Assembly: GCF_046590655.1 (NCBI RefSeq) | Contig: NZ_JBKJUM010000042.1 | Coordinates: 17,395 to 81,394, forward strand | From: Daejeonella sp. | GTDB lineage: Bacteria; Bacteroidota; Bacteroidia; Sphingobacteriales; Sphingobacteriaceae | DNA: 64,000 nt | Direction: 5' to 3' | Program-made: the position numbers and the translations under genes | Notes under the pieces: model-generated | Seen by the model: the letters and a program-made list of their open reading frames with translations, nothing else | What the model was told of the DNA's origin: nothing | The model's database searches: none | Shown: positions 58,597-64,000 of the stretch, in pieces | Position numbering within the stretch: the stretch's first letter is position 1 | Layout of the letters: the number at the start of each line of letters is the position of its first letter

Positions 58597-59133
58597 ATGA
58601 ACACAATCGAATTCAACACTATGGTTACGCGCCAGGCGAGCTCTCTCAAAATGTACGCTTTACACTTTACTCATGATTCAGATGATGCAAATGACTTGGT
58701 ACAGGATACTATGTTGAAAGCCATCACCTACTACAATAAGTTTAAAGAGGGAACTAACCTTAAAGGATGGTTATATACCATCATGAAAAACACCTTCATT
58801 AATAATTACAGGAGATTCGTTAAGATAAGTTCCTTCGTTACCAAGTCTGATGATATCTCATCTGCCAATCTGATGTATAGTGCTACACTAAACCAGGGTG
58901 AACCAAAGTTCATCATGGAGGATATTAAAAATGCATTGGGAAAGCTTCCGGATGAATACTACGTTCCATTCACAATGCATTTCGAAGGGCATAAGTATCA
59001 TGAAATCGCTGATCGCTTAACAATTCCAATTGGAACAGTTAAAACAAGGATTCATGTTGCCAGAAAACTGCTTAAGAAATCGTTGAGACCTTATGATACT
59101 GATTTACGGAGCACCCAATTCGCGATTAATTGA
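58597..59133 (+). CDS. ECF RNA polymerase sigma factor
   Basis: DANDLVQDT, NLKGWLYTIMKN and YHEIA..IPIGTVKTRI motifs. Confidence 0.94.
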   Translation: MNTIEFNTMVTRQASSLKMYALHFTHDSDDANDLVQDTMLKAITYYNKFKEGTNLKGWLYTIMKNTFINNYRRFVKISSFVTKSDDISSANLMYSATLNQGEPKFIMEDIKNALGKLPDEYYVPFTMHFEGHKYHEIADRLTIPIGTVKTRIHVARKLLKKSLRPYDTDLRSTQFAIN

Positions 59134-59183
59134 TTTCGCGATAGTAAAAGCTTCATAACATAAGAATCAACTTTACTTATATG

Positions 59184-59215
59184 AAAGCACCGGGAGAAAT
59201 TCCGGTGTTTTTTTT
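59184..59215 (+). terminator. Intrinsic terminator after the ECF sigma gene
   Basis: GCACCGGGA-GAAA-TTCCGGTGT followed by a T run. Confidence 0.85.
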
Positions 59216-59316
59216 GTTCAGGGATTTTACCGTAGAGTGCGCAGAGTTTATGCAGTGATTACAGAGTTCTATCGTGCATAAGTTAGATATTTAACCGCTA
59301 TATTTAACCACCCAGC

Positions 59317-59345
59317 CTGGTAACTGATAACTGGTAACTGGCAAC
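59317..59345 (+). repeat. Heptamer array CTG(G/A)(T/C)AA x4
   Basis: CTGGTAA CTGATAA CTGGTAA CTGGCAA, 6 nt before ATG 59351. Confidence 0.85.
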
Positions 59346-59350
59346 GAATT

Positions 59351-60025
59351 ATGAAGTCCGCCTATCTTTTAATCAACTTCCTGACAATCCTGTTTCCTGT
59401 TTTGCTTTCCTTCGACAGCCGTGTACGATTTTATAAAAGCTGGAATTATATATTCCCCGGGCTTTTTATTACAGGACTCCTTTTCCTGGTATGGGATCAC
59501 CTTTTCACTATTCTCGATGTCTGGTCTTTTAATCCTGATTATGTGATAGGTACATACATTCTTAATTTGCCTGTCGAAGAGATTCTGTTTTTCGTAACGG
59601 TTCCATTTGCCTGTATATTTATCTACGAGTGCCTGAACTTCTACATTAAAAGAGACCTGCTTGGAGAAGTTTCCAGGCCTATAAGCATTATTCTGATCAT
59701 TTTAAGTATAATCTTACTTTTGATTTTTTACGACCGGGTGTATACACTAATCACTTTTGGACTATTGCTGCTGGTTTTAAGTTATGTAGAATTCATCCAA
59801 AAAGCCAATCTCGGCAGGTTCTACTTAGCTTTTCTCGTTTCACTACTCCCATTTTATGTCGTTAATGGAATCCTTACATCAATCCCCATTGTAATGTATA
59901 ACGATGCTGAGAACATGGCATTCCGGATTGGCACTATCCCTTTTGAAGATCATTTCTATTCAATGTCTATGTTGCTCATCAACATTCGCTTGTTTGAGTA
60001 TTTTAAAAAGAGAGAGACTGTTTGA
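59351..60025 (+). CDS. Lycopene cyclase domain protein (CrtYcd-type, membrane)
   Basis: Two repeats with WSFN...LPVEEILFF and IPFED motifs, very hydrophobic. Confidence 0.88.
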   Translation: MKSAYLLINFLTILFPVLLSFDSRVRFYKSWNYIFPGLFITGLLFLVWDHLFTILDVWSFNPDYVIGTYILNLPVEEILFFVTVPFACIFIYECLNFYIKRDLLGEVSRPISIILIILSIILLLIFYDRVYTLITFGLLLLVLSYVEFIQKANLGRFYLAFLVSLLPFYVVNGILTSIPIVMYNDAENMAFRIGTIPFEDHFYSMSMLLINIRLFEYFKKRETV

Positions 60026-60030
60026 GGCTG

Positions 60031-60264
60031 ATGGATTTTCCTAAATACACCAGGCAATACCTTGCACTCCGGAATGGACAGGATAAACCCGATATTTGGA
60101 TCGCTTATAAAGGCTTGATATATGATGTTACCGAAAGTCGCCTTTGGAAAAACGGTAAACATTATGAACATTGGGCAGGGCAGGACCTTACTGACGAACT
60201 GAAGGATGCTCCGCACACTGTGGCAGTTTTTGAGAGGTTTAAGGTGGTGGGGAGATTGGTTTGA
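60031..60264 (+). CDS. Cytochrome b5-like heme/steroid-binding domain protein
   Basis: IWIAYKGLIYDVT, GKHYEHWAGQDLT..APH motifs; ATG 60031. Confidence 0.88.
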   Translation: MDFPKYTRQYLALRNGQDKPDIWIAYKGLIYDVTESRLWKNGKHYEHWAGQDLTDELKDAPHTVAVFERFKVVGRLV

Positions 60265-60273
60265 GGATAATCG

Positions 60274-60297
60274 AGTAGTAAGTATCAAGTAACAAGT
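60274..60297 (+). repeat. Degenerate AGTATCA heptamer array
   Basis: AGTAGTA AGTATCA AGTAACA AGT. Confidence 0.6.
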
Positions 60298-60418
60298 TTT
60301 GCTTCCGGATTAATTTGATAAGAGTTTAGGCATCCTACGGCTAGACGCTGTTAAAAACTTCATGAGCTTTGGACTAAGCCTGCTTGTTTCTTATATTTAA
60401 TGAACCAAGCTCCGAAAC

Positions 60419-60901
60419 ATGAATCGAATAGAAATCCTCACGGGTTTAACTCTTTTACCTCTGGCAGGTGCTGCAGTAAGGCTAGCGGCTTTTCAGAGCC
60501 CGCCTGTTGCCGCAGAACCGGAAGAATGGCTGCCTAAGAAGCAGTTGATTCGGGGCGCAAATTCATCCTGTCTGCGTTCTGGCCACTTACTTTTTGTGGG
60601 AGGTATCGGAGGATGGTACGCAAACCGGCGGCCGGAACCGGGAGATGCGAAGGTTCAGATAACCGGTGCTCTGACTAGTATGAAAGAAGCACTGGAAGCT
60701 GCCGGCTCAGGCATGCATAATGTGCTACAGATTTTCATGACCGTTTGCGAACCGAAAAAGAATCTTGCGAAGCTTAATGAGGGCTATTATGAATTCTTTC
60801 CAGAGAATCCCCCCGTGCGCTCATTCAGCAGTTCCAAGCCCAGCCAAATGGGGCGGGATGGTATCCTCCTGCAGGTAGGATGTATAGCTTACGTAGACTG
60901 A
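60419..60901 (+). CDS. RidA/YjgF-family protein with degenerate Tat-like leader
   Basis: SGHLLFVGG, LEAAGS, PPVRS motifs; paralog of the next gene. Confidence 0.85.
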   Translation: MNRIEILTGLTLLPLAGAAVRLAAFQSPPVAAEPEEWLPKKQLIRGANSSCLRSGHLLFVGGIGGWYANRRPEPGDAKVQITGALTSMKEALEAAGSGMHNVLQIFMTVCEPKKNLAKLNEGYYEFFPENPPVRSFSSSKPSQMGRDGILLQVGCIAYVD

Positions 60902-60924
60902 TCATTCAATTAAAAGATCATAAG

Positions 60925-61464
60925 ATGAACCGAAGAAACTTACTTAAAAGCCTAACCTTGCTGCCTCTGGCTGGAGCGGCGATTGCCGTGTCGTCCAACG
61001 AAGCCATGGCGCAAAGGAAGAGAAAAGGACAATGGACACCAAAGAAACAGGTGGTTCGCAAAAGCAACAGCGGCGGGAACACAAATACCGTTGTACCTAC
61101 ATCCCAGGGACCGGTGCCAGTTCTTTCCGGCTGTATCCGTTCAGGTCACTTACTTTTTGTTTCGGGCATAGGTGGCTGGTATCCGGAAAGAAGGGCAGAC
61201 CCAGGAGATATTAAAGTTCAGATAAAAAGTATTCTTGATACATTAAAAGAAGTTCTTGATGGCGCCGGATCGTCTATGGCTAATGCTCTCAAAGTGCATA
61301 TGACCGTTGTTGAACCGAATAAAAATATAGCTCCCCTAAATGAAGCCTATCGGGGCTACTTTCCTGATCCGGCACCCGTTCGTTCTTATACCGGTACCAG
61401 CGCCGAATTGATGGGGCGGGATGGTGTGCTGGTGCAATTGGATTGTATTGCTTACGTAGACTAG
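60925..61464 (+). CDS. RidA/YjgF-family protein with Tat signal
   Basis: MNRRNLLK twin-arginine leader; SGHLLFVSG, AGSSMANALKV and APVRS motifs; ATG 60925. Confidence 0.88.
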   Translation: MNRRNLLKSLTLLPLAGAAIAVSSNEAMAQRKRKGQWTPKKQVVRKSNSGGNTNTVVPTSQGPVPVLSGCIRSGHLLFVSGIGGWYPERRADPGDIKVQIKSILDTLKEVLDGAGSSMANALKVHMTVVEPNKNIAPLNEAYRGYFPDPAPVRSYTGTSAELMGRDGVLVQLDCIAYVD

Positions 61465-61469
61465 GACTG

Positions 61470-61490
61470 AGTATCAAGTATCAAGTATCA
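61470..61490 (+). repeat. (AGTATCA)x3 heptamer array
   Basis: Three perfect units starting 5 nt after the RidA stop. Confidence 0.85.
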
Positions 61491-61541
61491 CGACTTGGGG
61501 GTGGTTAAGGAGTATGATGAGGGTACTAATTAAGGTACGAG

Positions 61542-61577
61542 AAAGGCCTTTCAGGGATTAACTGAATGGCCTTTTTT
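61542..61577. terminator. Terminator between the RidA pair and the DUF4476 gene
   Basis: AAAGGCC-TTTCAG...CTGAAT-GGCCTTTTTT. Confidence 0.65.
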
Positions 61578-61657
61578 GGCATGTGTTTATTTCGAACTGT
61601 AAGTTGAATTATGTGTACCCAATCGGAAATAGAATCGTTTTTCTTGACCGCCTATCC

Positions 61658-61703
61658 ACTTCCGACTTCCAACCTCCGACTTCAGTCCTCCGACCTCCGA
61701 CCT
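61658..61703 (-). repeat. Heptamer array (A(G/A)GTCGG on minus strand) x6.5
   Basis: Plus strand ACTTCCG ACTTCCA ACCTCCG ACTTCAG TCCTCCG ACCTCCG ACCT abutting the DUF4476 stop. Confidence 0.85.
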
Positions 61704-63362
61704 CTAATTCACCTGATAACTCTTCACATATGCTGTCAATTCGTCTTTGCTCGACTGCATTTGAAACAAATCATTTAACTTTGTAAAGTTTGCGGGATCC
61801 GTAACTGTTTTATATGACATTTTCGCAAGTTCCAAACGGCTAGGCTCCGCGTTAATTAAAAGGAGCAGCTGTTTTATCTGAGCAGTTGTAAAGAAATTAT
61901 TCGGGTTTGCAAATACGTCCCTTTCAGCTTGCACCTTAAGAAGTTGCAAAAGATTACTTCTGATGCTAAGAACCAAGAGGCTAAAATCACTATTGCTCAT
62001 AGGAGTTCTCACCGTGGAAGTCACTGTCACTCCTGTTTGTGCACTTGCGAAGGTGTTAAATTCATTTCTGAAACTGGTCGAAGTGAAAAGGTCGCCCAGT
62101 TGATAGAACATGTTTGGATCCATAACTGAACGGAACGACAGTTTCGCTAAGGCTAGCCTATCGGATTCTGATGTAACTTGTGTGAGTAGCTGTCTGATTT
62201 GTTCAGTGCTGAAGTAATTATTTGTGTTGATAAACGCATCCCTCACAGCATCTGTTTTGAGTGCCTGCGACCATTTAGACTGGATGCTGGTCATCAACAA
62301 ATTGAAATTATTAACCGTCATTTGTGCTTTCATCCCAGTATTGACGGCTACTCCACCTTTTGAAATAACATACTCGTTGAATTCAGTGCGGTTTGCGGTG
62401 CTGGCAAACACATCAACAAGGGATGCAAAATTATTTGCATCGGTTACTATTGGGTAAGCCATTTTAATCAAATCCATCCGGTCGCTTTCTGAAGTCACAA
62501 GTCCCATCAATTGCCTGACCTGGGTGGTTGTATAGTAATTGTTTGAATTGGTAAAAGCATCTCTAATGGCTTCACCTTTGAGTGATTGCGACCATTTACT
62601 CTTGACATTAGTAACCAGAGTATTGAAGTTTGAATCCGAAATAAGTACCCGTGCACTGATAGTAGAGGCTGCACTCATTTGGACAAACTCAGCAAATTCA
62701 TTTCTCCTGGTCGTGCTGCTGAAAACATTACTCAAGGCAGCAAAATTTGAAGGATCTGTAACCCCAGCATAAGCTAGCTTGGCAAGATCCAGTTTATCGC
62801 TCTCGGAGGTAACCAGGACAAGTAATTGTCGGACTTGAGCACTGGTGAAGCGATTATCTGTGTTCATAAATACGTCCCTGATCTTCTCAGCTTTAATCGC
62901 CTGCGAAGATTGTGATTGGACGCTTTGCTTAAGGGTATTGAAAACCGCAGTAGCCATAGGGCCCGTGCTTACCGGACTGGTCATTTCAGAGATTACTTCA
63001 CTGAACTCAACCGCTCCATTTGCACGCACAGTAATATTCATTTCATATCCTTCCCTCAGTACGAAGTTATTCGAATAGACTAATGTGTTTTGAGAATTAG
63101 CATTGGCGGATACGCTATTGCTCTTCAAGCGGTATAGCTTTAATGCGTGTGTACCTGTTAAGATATTGTCGACCGATATCATATAATTTGGAGCGTTGTT
63201 CGTACCGGTATTCGAAAAATAACGCTTGTCATCAATTCTTACCTCATAGTTATTGGTAGTTTTAGTGACGCCCCTGAATATGATATTCACCGTGCTGGTC
63301 GTTTGTGCAATTCCCGCCACGGCGAGGAAACAAATGATTAAAGTGCTAAGTATAGTTTTCAT
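61704..63362 (-). CDS. Exported protein with four DUF4476-like repeats
   Basis: Signal peptide; four ~100-aa repeats (M...F..L...FT..Q..QL...SE..(R/K)L.LAK..Y..V.D..NF). Confidence 0.85.
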   Translation of the reverse strand: MKTILSTLIICFLAVAGIAQTTSTVNIIFRGVTKTTNNYEVRIDDKRYFSNTGTNNAPNYMISVDNILTGTHALKLYRLKSNSVSANANSQNTLVYSNNFVLREGYEMNITVRANGAVEFSEVISEMTSPVSTGPMATAVFNTLKQSVQSQSSQAIKAEKIRDVFMNTDNRFTSAQVRQLLVLVTSESDKLDLAKLAYAGVTDPSNFAALSNVFSSTTRRNEFAEFVQMSAASTISARVLISDSNFNTLVTNVKSKWSQSLKGEAIRDAFTNSNNYYTTTQVRQLMGLVTSESDRMDLIKMAYPIVTDANNFASLVDVFASTANRTEFNEYVISKGGVAVNTGMKAQMTVNNFNLLMTSIQSKWSQALKTDAVRDAFINTNNYFSTEQIRQLLTQVTSESDRLALAKLSFRSVMDPNMFYQLGDLFTSTSFRNEFNTFASAQTGVTVTSTVRTPMSNSDFSLLVLSIRSNLLQLLKVQAERDVFANPNNFFTTAQIKQLLLLINAEPSRLELAKMSYKTVTDPANFTKLNDLFQMQSSKDELTAYVKSYQVN

Positions 63363-63390
63363 TGTTTTGTTATTTAGTTATAGAGAGCTA

Positions 63391-63405
63391 GCAATATCCC
63401 TGCCA
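63391..63405 (-). promoter_or_regulatory. Sigma-54 promoter candidate TGGCAGGGATATTGC
   Basis: Canonical GG-N10-GC with TGGCA and TTGC, 28 nt upstream of ATG 63362. Confidence 0.6.
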
Positions 63406-63734
63406 TCAAATATTTAGTCGAATATCATATTCATTTACAATATGTTATGTCTAATTTTTGCACGATAGGGGTGTCGGCCCGCCCTGGCCAGAAATAGACA
63501 CAATTAGTTTAATATCGGAGAAATATCAGACACCTATTTAAGAATAACTTTGGACGCGGAACAATTTTCATGGCATTTGCGGTTCATGAATTATTTTGGT
63601 AAAATATATGAGGCTAATCAGGCCCATTTTTCAGGGGGCTGTTTGTAGATGAAAGCCACAGGAAACTTCCTGCGGTAATCTGTGTTATAACATAATTACC
63701 GGTCCCTCCGTTATTAGCTTATTACCCCGATTGT

Positions 63735-64000
63735 ATGAAACGAATAGTGCTATTCCTCCTGTTATGTTCCCAAATTGCTTTTGCACAGAAGACTAACCAG
63801 TGCGGTATATTAATTCCACCGCCTTCAAAAGTCTATAATTTTCTGAGCGCGTATGAGGCAGGCGCATATGTAAGAACAATTCTCGACAGCGTAAACTGGA
63901 AGCAGAATTTTACTCTTTTGGAGCAAAGCGGTATTAATAACGCATATGCGACAATTATTCGCAACAAACGTTTTATCATTTATGATAACAGGTTCCTTAC
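63735..64000 (+). CDS. Exported protein, probably M48-like metalloprotease (runs off right edge)
   Basis: Manual translation MKRIVLFLLLCSQIAFAQ...INNAYATIIRNKRFIIYDNRFL; the HExxH motif would lie beyond the window. Confidence 0.6.
   Translation, partial: MKRIVLFLLLCSQIAFAQKTNQCGILIPPPSKVYNFLSAYEAGAYVRTILDSVNWKQNFTLLEQSGINNAYATIIRNKRFIIYDNRFL

Noticed and set aside
61583-61786. 67-aa ORF with PPTS repeats
   Set aside because: Read-through of the heptamer array, overlapping the DUF4476 gene antisense.

Overview
Chromosomal window from a Bacteroidota genome. The Sphingobacteriaceae-like assignment (Pedobacter/Daejeonella type) is inferred from gene content, T9SS genes and TAnnTTTG promoters. 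It contains alkB/ada repair genes, a YciF-like ferritin, a complete eboA-F operon, a T9SS type-B adhesin/PorP/PorE-like cassette, an orphan response regulator-short TolC-Wzc module, an RND pump, a MarR-fad beta-oxidation operon, FKBPs, a DASH cryptochrome, sucA/sucB/lpdA, carotenoid genes mixed with murB and an ECF sigma factor, two RidA paralogs and a DUF4476-repeat protein. I saw no rRNA, tRNA, CRISPR array, integrase or transposase. The most striking unexplained signal is a set of about 11 intergenic 7-nt-period tandem arrays of differing unit sequence. They mostly begin at a stop codon and/or end just before a start codon, and several have a reverse-complement partner arm. One pair of arms (41045-41073 / 41579-41607; 29 bp, the only non-Watson-Crick positions being two G-U pairs on the sense strand) encloses a four-helix-bundle (23S-rRNA-IVP family) gene between fadA and the acyl-CoA dehydrogenase gene. 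This suggests an intervening-sequence-like element inside mRNA operons, with ORF-less relatives elsewhere in the window. That interpretation is a hypothesis.
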